A stretch of DNA of 64,000 bases from Gordius albopunctatus (taxonomy: Eukaryota), in the NCBI GenBank assembly GCA_964276515.1, contig OZ193910.1:2790001-2854000 (forward strand), written 5' to 3'. Shown piece after piece: positions 51,833-64,000 of this stretch; position 1 is the stretch's first letter, and the number at the start of each line of letters is the position of its first letter. A program made the translations under genes and the position numbers. A model generated the notes under the pieces. The model had not been told where the DNA came from. It saw only the letters and a program-made list of their open reading frames with translations, and did no database searches.

Positions 51833-54536
51833 GTTGCCAATCGCCTAAACTAAGGGATGTACTTTGCTGGTTTTCATCCGATTTAAACTTTGTCTTCGTG
51901 TATTCTGTTTTCTTTCTATTTACCCTGAGACCACTTTCTTCTATTGCATTTACCCATCTATTTACAGTGTTAGCCAATTCTTGTTCGCTTTTGGCACAGA
52001 GGATTATATCATCTGCAAAGATCATTGCCCAAGGAGCTTCCTCGCCCAAATCCTTGGTAATATTATCCATTATCATTATGAATAGGAAGGGACTAAGCGC
52101 TGAACATTGATGAACTCCAGTGTTGATGGCAAAGCCTTTTGTAGTCCCCACCGTTGTTCTAACGTACGTTCTATTTCCCTTGTACATATCTTTTATTGCT
52201 CTGACGTATACTTGTGGCACATTGTTTTCTTCAAGACATTTCCAAACTAAATTACGAGGAACTTTATCAAAAGCTTTTTCAAGATCGATGAAACACATGT
52301 GCCAATCCTCTTCCCTTTCTTTAAACCGTTCCATTAATCTTCTACCACTGTTTAGGGCGTCTGCCGTAGACCTCTCAGGCATAAGTCCGAATTGGTTATC
52401 TCGAATTTGAACCAAACTCCGAAGCCGTTTTTCGATCTCTTTCTCCCACACCTTGAAAGTGTGGCTCATAAGCTTTATCCCTCTGTAATTGTTGCAATCC
52501 TGAATGTCCCCTTTCATCTTGTATATCGGGATCATGTAGCTATCCCTCCACTCGTTAGGCATTACACCCGTTTTCAAGATATTGTTGAAAAGGTTGGCGA
52601 GAAATTGTGCACCAGTATTGCCTAACGCTTTGAAGCCTTCTATCGGTATATTGTCGGGTCCAAGAGCTTTTCATGACTTTAGTTTACTCATAGCAACTTT
52701 CACTTCCGTTTCCGTGATCCAGTCCGCTGTGTTTAATTCTCCTATTGTATTTTCCTGGTTAGTGTCTTCGACTACAGGCCCATTTTCAATTGATAAATCG
52801 CTATAATAGTCGTACCATCTTTGTAGTATATGGCTGTCGTGTGTTAGTATTTCTCCCTTTTGACCCTTAATTAGCCGGCATTCTAGGTAATCTTTAGAAT
52901 TTCGGGCCCTTGACTTTGCGATTTTGTAGATCAATCTTTCTCATTCCTTTGAGTTTAGTTTTACATTTACCGATCTTTTAGCTACTTGGTAAGCTTGCTT
53001 ATCATTACTATCCTTACTTTTATACCAAACTTTGTACAATCTCTTCTTTTCCTTGATACATTTTTGCACTTCTTCATTCCACCACCACGTCTCCTTGAGA
53101 ATTCTTTTAGTGGGCTTGCTTTCACCTAGTATTTGTCGTCCCGCTTTTCGTATTGTGGCAGCTATACTATTCCATTGATCCTCACATGAAGTATTTTCCT
53201 TAAATTCAGCAAGTTTAATTACTTGTTCCTGAAAATGTTGAATATTATCATTTAGTTTCCTCCATTGTATAGTAGCGGGTACTCTGAACTTTTTGCCCTT
53301 TAAGGCCCTTTAATATAAAGTCCATCACCAACAGCTTGTGTTGGCAGGCCAATATTTCACTCGGTATTACCTTAACATTTTGAACATACTTTAAGTGCGC
53401 TCTGTTAACTAGAAAGAAATCTATCTGAGTGGTACGGCTGCCGCTTTTGTACGTTATAAGATGTTCCTGTCTATTTTTGAAGAAGGTATTTCCTATTGCT
53501 AGGTCAAAAGCTTGAGAAATTTCTAGAATTTCCGTACCTCCTTCATTTCTTAGGCCGTAACCCCGACCACCGTGATTTCTTTCAAATCCTCCCCTTGATT
53601 TACCTACGTGTCCATTGAGGTCCGCTCCGATAATTATTAGTCCCTCTTTACCGAATTGGGATAGAACATCTTCAAGCTCCTTCCAAAAACACTCTTTTTC
53701 CGTCTCAGAGCATCCACTTTGAGGGGCGTATGCTGATATAACGTTTATCGTAGTAGATTTATAACAAAGCTGTATCGCCATAATTCTGTCATTGATTCTT
53801 TTAACGTCGACGACAGTTTGCTGAAATTCTTCCGATAGCACTATACCGACGCCATTCCGGTGAGTTTCTGTACCGTAAAAATATAATTTGTATCCGTCCC
53901 CTATGTATTTTGCTTTTGGCCCTTCCATTTGGTCTCTTGTATACACGCGATATCGATTTTTCTCCTCTTTAGAACGTCTGCCAATTCTCTGCTCTTGCTA
54001 GTCATTTTACCAATATTTCATGACCCAAACTTTATCCTACGCAAACTAATGTCTTTAACCGCTTCCGTTTGTTGACAGAGCGGTAGCCTTCGTTTATTTC
54101 CCACACATTCCAGGCGAAGAATGCGCGCGTCGCTTAAGGGGGACGCCCTATGGTTTTCATTTTGCGTCTTTTTTGTAGTATACATTTTGGTTTATATGGA
54201 ATGAGGGAGTATTGATATCCCGGCCTTCCAAGCTTGACGGAACTATGTTAGATTTGGCGCTTGACTACATAGTATTCTTTATGATGCAGCCATTTTGGGG
54301 AATTAAACTTTTCTTTCGACCACTAATATTGATAGGCTTAATCTAGCACTTCCATTTCACAAAGTACTCCCTCAAAAAGCCCACAAATTTTAGTTTGACC
54401 CTTCACCAAGAACCTTGCCAATAGGGTGACCCCACCAGTAACAAACATAAAAATTGTGTTTGGCTACCAAAGGTATAGCCTCTTGGATCACGAGAGTACA
54501 CAAGCTCAACCACCACTACAAGGTATTTCTGGCTCG
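51833..54536 (-). mobile_element. RTE-clade non-LTR retrotransposon, decayed; 5' end present, 3' part missing
   Basis: APE endonuclease (RNGVGI, SAYAPQ, GADLNGHVG, TQIDFFL) at ~53250-54030 and RT (YRGIKLMSH, FIDLEKAFD, GVHQCSALSP, FADD) at 51833-52930, with stops and frameshifts. The minus-strand 5' region CCTTGTAGTGGTGGTTGAGCTTGTGTAC resembles RTE/BovB 5' ends. Confidence 0.92.
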
Positions 54537-55719
54537 ACTAAAAAACTATAAATAAATTTGAAGTATAGAAAAATCAATTTTATTGTTCTAGCAAATTATA
54601 ACATTTGTATCAAATCACTGTGTTTGTCAACTATATAGACTTAGACAAATATAAATAAATTATAGTTGACTTAGTTGCATAATTGAGCAAATTGACACAC
54701 TTTATTAACCCTGCCTAAAGCGTCAAAGTAGACCATAACTTTTTTAAGGCAAACATTTAAGTCCATTATATCATAATCAATTATAGCCCATAATGTTTAT
54801 TGCATGTTTACTATAGCGTTATAAACCACGAAGTGCGATTGACTTTTAATGATAATTTTATTATTTACAGAATTGATAATTAGATGCACCTATAAAAACG
54901 GGTAGTAGAAACTAGAGTTGTTATATTGCTAACTTTCTTCAACTCCAGCTACCATATGCTCGAGTTTCTGCTCGGCCCTCGAGCATTTTTATATGCTACT
55001 GCTCTGCCTAGTGCACCAAAAGCGAGTACATATTGTGCTAACGCGCATATTAAGCAAATCAGTGTGCGTGCTCGCATCTGGAATTTGAAGAAAGTTAGCA
55101 ATTTAACAACTCTAGTAGAAACAACAATAAAAGCATCATTATTATAGGAATAAGAATATGAGGTTTTAAACTTTAAATGGCACGTATTTAAATTTATGAC
55201 AAAAATAATTAAAATCAAATTTATATTCCAAATAATTATCTTCCAATTATAACTAACTTTGACATTAAATAGTTATTTATCGAATATAGTTGAAGCATAA
55301 AAACTTCTATAAACATGCTTTAGATTTAATCTATCACGGTGTCATTAAATACTCTATTGTACTTTTAAAATCTTTAAACGGGTGCTCAAATTGACTACTA
55401 ATTTATAATTACCGCATTATGCAGGCTGAGTAACTGCGAAATATAAATATGATTTGTTTATATTTACTATTCAATCAGATCTCATTCTGAGCCTATAATT
55501 TTGTAATATTTAATAATGCTATAGATTCAAATATGTGATAAGGATATTATAAAATTGTTCACATACCCTAAGGGTCAACCATACTTAGGTAAATGTTGCA
55601 AAAAATATAATATTTACAGGAATTTTTTTAATGTCAAATATATTCCATACATATTGATTTACACTTAATACCTTAAATGTAAATCATACAAATTAAAATA
55701 CACAATAATTTACTAAAAT

Positions 55720-55863
55720 CGAACGATAAAAAAAGTCGAGATATCGCCGAAAAAATCTCGTATCGTCTCGTCTCGACATCAAAATTCTCGTCTCGATCTC
55801 GACTCCATTTTTCAAATTCTCGTGACGAGACCGAGATTTTTCTCGGTTTTTCCCGCATCACTA
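55720..55863. mobile_element. Right end of a DNA transposon (TCTCG/CGAGA subterminal repeats, ending CCCGCATCACTA) abutting the + strand RTE
   Basis: Dense TCTCG/CGAGA motifs and a hAT-like terminus; matching left end not found. Confidence 0.5.
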
Positions 55864-58512
55864 GTCACCAAATCGTAGAAACGGGGTCGGTATCGTTCTA
55901 AGCGAATCGTTCAAGGACAAGGTGGTGGAAGTGAAGCGTTGTTCCGACAGGCTAATGTGAGTGACGATTGCAGATCAAGGGGGCCTCCTAACCATTATGT
56001 GCGCGTATGCTCCTCAAATTGGATGTTTGGAATCAGAGAAAGACATATTTTTCGATTCATTGGAAAAGAAAACACAAGGAATAGGACAGGAAGAAAGGCT
56101 AATAATTTGGGTAGATTTTAACGCTCATGTTGGGAAAGATCGCCTCGGGTATGAACGCAATTATGGAGTCTATGGGCTTTGTCTGAAGAACAAATAAGGG
56201 GAAAAACTTCTCCAAGTATCCCAAGCATATGACATGGCGATCGTTAAAATCTATTTTCAAAAGCGCGAAGTTCATATTGTGATCTATGGAAGTGGGAAGA
56301 AATTTAGTCAAATTGACTATTTGCTTATACGGCGAAAGGACTTATGGAGTATCAAGGATTGCAAAGTAATACCGGGAGAAGAAATCACCAGGTAACATCT
56401 TCCCCTTGTTATAGATCTTGACAGAAGAGTATTTCCCGAAAGAAGAAAGGTCTATGAACCTCGAATTCGATACGAAAGGCTAAAGCATACGTCGACGAAC
56501 AAAGAATACCATCAAAAAGCCTGTTCACTCTTGGGTGCAAGGAAGTTGCAAAGGAACGTAGACGACAATTGGGAGACGCTATCTAAGGACATTAAGGAAA
56601 CAGCGATTCGTGTTCTAGGACAGACCAAAGTAGGCAAAGCTATGAATAGGAAACTATGGTGGTGGGATCAATCGGTTAAAGATTTCATCGAAAGAAAGAA
56701 AAATCCATATAGACGGTGGTATAAATCAAAAAAGTCGGAGGATTATTAAGAGTACAGGTACGCAAAGAGGGCCGCAAAATAGTCCGTTGCAAAAGCGAAG
56801 AATGCCGCGTACACCGAGATGGCAAACAAACTGGATCATAAAGGGGGCGATAGGTTTATGTAGAAATTGGCCAAGATAAGGGAGAAGAAAAGTCGCGATG
56901 TCGGAGTTCTTAAAATAGTCAAAAGCGAGAAGGGTCAAACCTTATTCAAGCCGAAAGAAGTGATGGAAAGGTGGAAAGGATATTTTAAGAAACTTATGAA
57001 TATTGCAAATGACAAGGATTCCCTTCCCGAAATTGAGACAAATATATCTATGGTCGAACTCTTTCAGGAGGATGAAGTTAGGACACAAATGAACAAGGTG
57101 CAAAAAGGAAAAGCAAATGGCACAGATGGAATACCTATGGAAGCATTGGTTGGATGTCGTGAAGAAGGAGTCACCACCATGACGAACCTCCTTAACAAGA
57201 TATTGGTAGACGGGCGAGTCCCTAATCAATGGAGAGCAAGCACGATTATACCCTTATTTAAAGGCAAAGGAGACCATCAGGACTTCGGCAATTACAGAGA
57301 TATCAAGCTAACTTGCCACTCCTTGGACCTTTTGGGAAGGATCTTAGTAACAAGGCTGAAAAACTAGGTCGAAATATCGGCTAATCAATTCGGATTCGTG
57401 GCCGGCAAATCCACAATCGATCCAATCTTTGCCCTAAGACAAATGATGGATAAGTATGGTGAAAAGAGGAAAGACCTACATATGGTTTTTATCGACTTGG
57501 AGAAAGCTTATGACACGGTCCTCCACGATTTAATATGGTGGTGCCTGAGGAAACAAAATATCCCTGACGCATATATACGGCTTATGAAAAATATTTATGA
57601 AGCCTCAAACTCTTGCTTTAGGACGACAGTTGGAGATTCTAAACCTTTTTGGGTTAATATTGGATTACATCAAGGCTCTGCTTTAAGTCCATTTTTATTT
57701 AATATAATTATAGACACGATAACGAGGGACATTCAAAAGCCATCGCCATGGTGTATGCTAAATGCCGATGATATAGTACTATGCGAGGAAACAAGGAAGA
57801 AAGTATTCGAAGAAGCCGAAAAGTGGTCAAAGCGCTTAGCTGGATATGGTTTAAAGGTCAACGATCGAAAAACGGTATATATGGAAATTAACGGTACATG
57901 CATTCCATCGCTGGATGACCATCTAAAGTACCCAAAAGTAGACAGATTTACATACCACGGCTCGATGCTACATCAAGAGGGAGGTTGCGCAACGGAAGTC
58001 AATGCCGGCATCCAAAAAGGATGGCTTAAATGGCAAAGTATATCCGGTGTAATGTGCGACAAGAAAATGCCAATATGTTTGAAGAGCAAAGCTTACAAAT
58101 CCATCTTAAGACCGGTGTTACTCTATGGAAATGAAACATGGGTATCAAACACCATGGAAGGAAAGCTATTACAAGCCACAGAGATGAGAATAGCTCGATC
58201 ATATGACGAATGACTTTCTCATGAAAAAATGGGTATTCAATCTATGGCGGACATGATTAACGAAAATCGGCTAAGGTGGTATGGGCATATACTAAGAAGG
58301 GACACAGATGACGTAAATCAAAAAGTACTGGACATGGAGGTACCGGGGAAGAGAGGAAGAGGCCGATCCCGTGTCACGTGGAAAGAGCAAGTCGATAAAG
58401 TTATGGAAACTAAAGAGATTAGTCAAGACATGGCACTCACCCGATCAAGATGGAAGAAATTTATCAAAACAAACGCCACTAATGTAGGACTAAATAACTG
58501 ATAAAGAAGAAG
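55864..58512 (+). mobile_element. RTE-clade non-LTR retrotransposon, decayed, 5'-truncated, 3' end present
   Basis: Endonuclease remnants (RNGVGIVL, CAYAPQ, DFNAHVG), RT (FIDLEKAYD, GLHQGSALSPFLF, NADD), C-terminal RLRWYGHILRR...GKRGRGR; several stops; AAAGAAGAAGA tail after the stop at 58501. Confidence 0.93.
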
Positions 58513-59929
58513 ATATTATAATATGTACATTGTCTTCTTCATATTCTAGTTAAGTCTCTGAGGATAGACATATTTATATTAAAATTTATTCAATGCCTTG
58601 ACAAAATTACATGATGAAAATAATAAAACAAATAAAAAATATTTAAATAAGCTCTAGACTCAATTGAAATCATAATATGATTTTAAATAACGTATTTGCT
58701 TAACATTGTAAAAAAAACTACCATGGAAAGATAACACCGTTTAAAACAACCAAATATTATTGTTTGATTTAAGTTATTTCTATAAATGAGATCGAAAAAC
58801 AAAAATCGCAAAAAATTATAAATGCTCGGGGTATTTTATAAGCAGGTTGAGGGGATAGACTAACATTATGTTTTCACGATTTTTTAGGGTGTTACATATT
58901 TAGCCAACTTAAATCAATAAAATGAACCTTTTATTAAGAAAATATAAAGAGCGAAAGTTAGGCATGACATGAATAATTAATCAATTTATTTAAATTAAAA
59001 TACAACACCTAAAAATATCAAAAGTAAAACTATTTTTTTAAATTTCATATTACAAAGAATTGAACCCCACGTTTTTTCAACTTTGCCTTCTTCTATATAT
59101 ATTCTTATATATTCATTTTTAAAATACGAGATATAAAATAAACTTACTCCCCCTCTCAAAATTATAAAATATATATTTTTTATCCAAAATATTTAAGATT
59201 TAATTAAACAAATGAGTTAAATAGACTAATAAAATCAATTTTTCATCTTAAAAGAAGCACAACTTTTTTACATAGATGGTTATTACAATATTCCAGAAAA
59301 ATTTTCGCTAAATCCTGTTATTATAATAAAAATAAATAAATAAATCAGCTTGGCACAACAAAAAAATTAAAGCCCACCTTCGGTCATTTGCTAGTCTAAA
59401 TGCGAAAGGATATAAACTTTTTTTATAACCATTGCACTGGAAGCACTAATTTAAAATTAAATTTTTAAGACACTTCTATGTTTAAAAAACAATCACAAAA
59501 TTAAGTTTTCCGTGCTTACGATAGGTGACTTTATGCCAAAAATGTTTTGGCCGGTCGCCCGAGGGTGGTGGCCCAAAGGAGCAATTTCCTCACTAATTAA
59601 AAGTTTTGAATATTTTCATTAAATTCGATTAAAATTTCGTGAATAATAATAAAAACTTAACCACTCACCCCTATAATTTGTATTCTGGTTAGGCTCATTC
59701 CAAAATAGTTTTGTTAATGTTCACATTTGCATATTAAACCTCAGCTCTAATGGTTGCAATATAATTTGCCTAGTCTTTAAAAATTTTATTTTTTGCATCG
59801 TACTTTGGGCTTTTAAGGGCCAGTTATTGAATATTAAACGAAATATTTGAATACGTATTGAAGCATAAAAATATGTTTGTTATAATACTATATTCAAATA
59901 TATGATGAGGTCGCCTTATTTCTAATAGA

Positions 59930-59959
59930 TATAAAAACGCATTTTTATTCTTCTCAGTA
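59930..59959 (+). promoter_or_regulatory. TATA box plus TCAGT initiator of the chitin-binding protein gene
   Basis: TATAAAA at 59930-59936 and TCAGT at 59954-59958, about 26 nt apart and ~50 nt upstream of ATG 60007. Confidence 0.5.
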
Positions 59960-60006
59960 TTTCAATAACTTTGAAATTGTTACATTGTATTACTTCATTA
60001 ACTCCA

Positions 60007-60822
60007 ATGAATATGTTTGGGTTTTTATACATCGCGGCAACGCTTTTAGCCACACATGTTATTGCAGACAGTCACATTCCATCGGGTTATGAAGGTTATT
60101 CTCAATATCAGAATCCTTATCAACAACCCCCAGGCCTCCCACAAGAAGTTTTAGGTAATAGTCCCTAGTGGAATCAAACTTATATGATCATTGATGTTAT
60201 AAATTGAATCAAAGTGGCCTATGTTTAGGCAATGAGGGGTAGCTTGCCCCCTATCTCGAAGGAAAGTTTATATTTTTAATGTAACTATCGTTGAAATATG
60301 CTTTTATCTGTTTATGCCCGTGCAAAATGCTATTATGCATATTGGTTTTGTTAAAATAGGTAAGTAGTAAGTTCATGGGTTTGTCTAAGTGAGGCAGATA
60401 GTGCCTCATCCACCTCTATTAAAAACTTCTCTTTTTTATCTTTGCTTCTCTCTCAACCAAAACGTCCCTATCTTACTAATTAATACCTATAGTTTCAAGG
60501 AACTTTGTTTACTAAAATTTAATTATTATGCCTGCTTATACAACAACTAGGTTACAATCCCTGCACTCCCGAGGCTGCAGCCTACAATATATACTATCAC
60601 CCTTACAGCGGTTCTCCGGAAAAATTTATTCAATGTAATGCCGACAATGTGCCCGTAGTTCAATATTGTGCCCCTGGAACGGTTTGGAACCCGCCCATGG
60701 TCACCTGCTCTACCCCCGAGTCTTTGCAGATGGTCCTCTCTAATGCCTATCAATTTAGAGCGCCCGATGGAGGCGATTTGTCGCAGTACCAAAATTATGC
60801 TATGAATCCCATTTTGCAGTAG
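60007..60822 (+). CDS. Small secreted chitin-binding type-2 (CBM14/peritrophin-A-like) protein, 2 exons (60007-60154, 60551-60822), ~139 aa
   Basis: Signal-peptide-like MNMFGFLYIAATLLATHVIA; phase-1 GT-AG intron; exon 2 encodes NPCTPEAAAYNIYYHPYSGSPEKFIQCNADNVPVVQYCAPGTVWNPPMVTC; AATAAA at 60894. Exon 2 is absent from the ORF track. Confidence 0.8.
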
Positions 60823-61061
60823 TCTTACAATGGGCAATTTGTGCTTTGTATTTTTTTTCCTTCCTGTGGTCATAATTGTCATGTAAATTTACTAATAAAG
60901 CGTTGATACTGTATGTGTTTTCAATTGACGCCCGACAATGTTGACAAGCTTAACTTGATAAAAAATATAACTCTCAGAATTTAAATCTACAGTTATTAAA
61001 ATTATGGACCATAAGAAATCCCATATTTGTGAGTGGCTAGATTTAAAATGAAACAATTAAC

Positions 61062-61714
61062 AAAACGTCTTAAATTTTTATTTTCGGGCGGGAGGCACGA
61101 AGATAGGATTCGGGCAATTCGGACTTAATAAGATTTTTTAAATAGTGTATTATTTTGTTACTTTTTATTTTCGGCATCACAAAGTTTCTCCAATTAACCT
61201 TTATTATTCCCTTATCATTCGTCACTTTCGCTAAGTTACTAATTATTTTCATGATAAAAAATTTCTATACCTTTCTTTAAGTTAAAAGAATTATCCATAA
61301 ATTGCATTTAAATTCTATTGATAAATTAATTGTCTTTTTATCAAAAAAGTAAGTTTTCACAGAACACAGAGTGACTAATTTTATTCATTAAGAAGTTTAT
61401 TTATGGGTAGGGCAAACGGGTTAATTCAAAAGGGGAGTATAATTTTGTTGTAATATTATTTATTAAATATGTAAACTTTAAACTTAAAAAATTGCTACAT
61501 AAATATTTTCATTGACTTTTTTTATTAAATATGCCATTAATTTAATGCTTATTTTTTAATTGTGGTTGAAAGAATTTCAGATCACAAAATTACGGGCCTA
61601 ACAGGCAAATTTAATGTTTCGGGCGGGCACCTAGAAGGTTCGGGCGGGCAATGAAGTTAAAAAATTGAACCGGGCCGGGTTCGGGCATAAAATTCCTAAC
61701 AAATCTGACCTCTG
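61062..61714. mobile_element. Inverted partial copy of the CAGAGGTCAGA hAT-like family
   Basis: Ends AACAAATCTGACCTCTG, the reverse complement of the 43864 end; CGGGC repeats; related fragment at ~41277-41390. Confidence 0.7.
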
Positions 61715-62106
61715 ATGTGTATCTACTTTCAATTAACGAGAGTTTTTTTTGTAAATAGCTTAACAAAACTTGATTCTCTTTGTGAACTTTCCATGAATAT
61801 ATTTATACATTTATGTAAAACTTTGTTAATTACAGTATAAAATATAAATTTTTGAATGGTGATCTGTATATATAGTATAGAGCTATCATGTAATATAGTT
61901 GTAAATAATTAGTACTAAAATATTTATAGAAGAACTACAATAAATATATGGCATGTGTATAGTGAAGAAAACGATCTTTAAAACGCATATAATATAGATA
62001 GAGCCAATACTGGTTCATTATTAGGTTATAACTTTGATATTTAAGCACGAAGATTCGAGAGCAACACAGCACTTTTCACCAAATTTGTGTTGGACAAAGT
62101 ACTCAC

Positions 62107-63835
62107 TCAGACTGTGTCCTTGTATGTCCTCAATTCCTGAATTTGTTTATCTAAAATCCGATACCGCGACAAATCTTTTCGAGTAATCATGCCAATCACC
62201 TCGTTGCGTTCGTTAATTACCGGTAGATGACGTAGACCCAAAGCCCGAAACATGCGAAAAACGCGAGTTAGGGAAGCTCCAAAATAAACTGTGTAGGGCG
62301 CTGGACTAGCGTAGGGTTGGAGGTAAATGTAGGTGTCCAATTGCTCTGGCGAAAAGATGAGCGAATCTATGGAAAAGAAGCGAGGGTAGGGTTCTTTGAA
62401 ACTCTTTTGCGTTAAGGGAGCGTAGCCGGTGAGATTTGCTGTGATGCATATATAAATTTTTTTAGTAATATAAAGCCACACAAATATTTATGAAAGTCAA
62501 TTACCGGATGATTGGTTTTAATGTATTATAAAGTTATGGAACGCTATGAAGACTCGATATCCCATTTTTGCATGAACAAAATTATAGAAGTAGCTTGTCA
62601 GCAGCAACAATTTCAATTTTTTGGCATTTTATAATTTTTTGGCATTTTTGTAAGCTTAGTTGCCATGTTTTAAAGAACTTCAGCATTTATAAAGCAAGAT
62701 AAACATGGATTCCTGATTGCTTTTAAGCGGGAATCTATATTTGACGTAGAGGAATAAACTTTTCCGCTAGAAATGCGTTCTAAATTTACCGATACCAGTC
62801 AAAACTTTAAAATTAACCCCAAAATCTCGTTATAAAACTAAACGACCGTTCAATAAAATAAACATAGTAATAATTATCATTAGTAAGAAGTTGCCTATGC
62901 AAACCTAGTTTTTCTGGCTCGACTACCACATCCGATCCTTCCCCTAGTCCAGCAGGAAATATGTTATTGGGTGTTTTAGAGCCGGGCCCCTCCGAGTCGG
63001 CTGATTTTTGGACATAAGGCTTTCGCTTGAGGTAAGGGCTAGCAGCTATAGTGGCTGGGCTTTCGCGTTGGGGCTGTGCTGGTGCCGGTTTAAGTGGCCT
63101 ATTTTGCGAAAACTACAGATAACGAAATGAAATGATGAATCGCTAGTTATACATGTATATACCAAGTTGTGTTGTAAGAACGGCTGGGTTCTGTGGTCTG
63201 CTTTTTTTAGTGGACCCCTAGGGTTAGTCGAAAATCGAAATACAGACCGGAATCGAGCGTTAGTCATAGTTAAATTAAAGGTCGACCAAACAAAACACTA
63301 ATATCCAGATTCATTGAATATATTATTACTCCGTATGGCACAGCTCGTTTCAATGTAATTCATGGGGAGGTGAATATATTTTTTGACAACAAAAACACAA
63401 ATTAACTCAAAGTTTAAAAGGATGCCAAGTAACTTAAGCGATTACGATTTTAATCATGGCCAATTTAGATGCCATATACCTACACCTAAATTTTTTCTAT
63501 CATATCATTGAAATCCATAATAAAAATACATTTTATTAAGTGAAAAAAAACATATAAATTTGTAAACGTAAATATCGGGAAAATCAAAACTTACATAAAA
63601 TGAACAAAAAATTCACTAAATGGGGGGTGGGGGCGTTAATACATACCTCGTGCCTGAGTATGACCAATAGTTGAGAACGCAGTATGAGACCTCGGAATCT
63701 GCCGTATTTCAATTTTTCTCGTTCTGTTATGACATCCACAAGTGGGAAGCCGTTGTGAGTTTTCGTTTTGAGTATGTCCACGATGGTTCCCACTTTTTCG
63801 ATCGTACGCAAAAATGTCACGGGGTGACTCATTAT
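62107..63835 (-). CDS. CLCN7: H+/Cl- exchanger ClC-7, last three exons (63835-63647, 63112-62905, 62438-62107); gene continues beyond the window
   Basis: CBS1: MSHPVTFLRTIEKVGTIVDILKTKTHNGFPLVD...GLILRSQL. CBS2: YPRF...SPAPYTV...ASLTRVFRMFRALGLRHLPV...TRKDLSRYR, a ClC-7-type rather than ClC-6-type ending. Splice phases 0 and 1 are consistent. Confidence 0.9.
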
Positions 63836-64000
63836 CTATCCCAAAAAAGACCAAAAAGTCATTTTTTAAAATTATATTTTTAATAGCCCAAAAAATCAAA
63901 TGTTTAACGTAAAAAGTGACGAATAAAATGCTTCACAAAATTAAAGACGCCTTAGCCTATAAATGAGATTGGAACGTTTTAATCCTAAATTATGGCCAAA

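Noticed and set aside
51708..52577. In-frame RT-eIF3d fusion protein
   Set aside because: The RT frame overlaps eIF3d exon 1 out of frame and stops at 51708.
54526..54540. 15-mer TTTCTGGCTCGACTA shared with the CLCN7 exon at 62911
   Set aside because: A match of this length is roughly expected by chance in 64 kb, and no flanking homology exists.
51833..58512. The two RTE pieces as halves of one inverted (twin-primed) insertion
   Set aside because: Both cover the endonuclease and RT regions and are too diverged to be one element.
60547..60882. 111-aa minus-strand ORF
   Set aside because: Antisense shadow of the chitin-binding exon, which has proper splice signals and a Cys pattern on +.

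Overview
AT-rich invertebrate animal genomic DNA with spliceosomal GT-AG introns and no prokaryotic or CRISPR features; I assign no taxon. I reconstructed five protein-coding genes by hand. (1) A teashirt/tiptop-family zinc-finger gene on +, with a 40-nt first coding exon at 7118, a ~16-kb first intron, and only one recognisable C2H2 finger. (2) DNA polymerase eta on +, 9 exons, whose C-terminus carries a UBM-like rather than UBZ motif. (3) eIF3d on -, 14 exons, convergent with Pol eta. (4) A small secreted 4-Cys chitin-binding-type protein on +. (5) The 3' end of a ClC-7 chloride/proton exchanger on -. Intergenic and intronic space holds many 8-bp-TSD (hAT-like) MITEs, some nested, plus a BED-finger transposase relic, tRNA-derived SINEs, a probable Helitron 5' end and two decayed RTE LINEs. 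The most notable observations are: sharp CpG depletion restricted to early exons of both housekeeping genes; 36-39-nt introns; a tandem duplication of the Pol eta/eIF3d 3' junction that may supply an alternative last exon lacking UBM and PIP; and a 5'-intact, 3'-truncated RTE ending ~55 nt before the eIF3d start codon. I found no clearly novel multi-gene system. All gene models and counts are manual and need RNA-seq or alignment confirmation.
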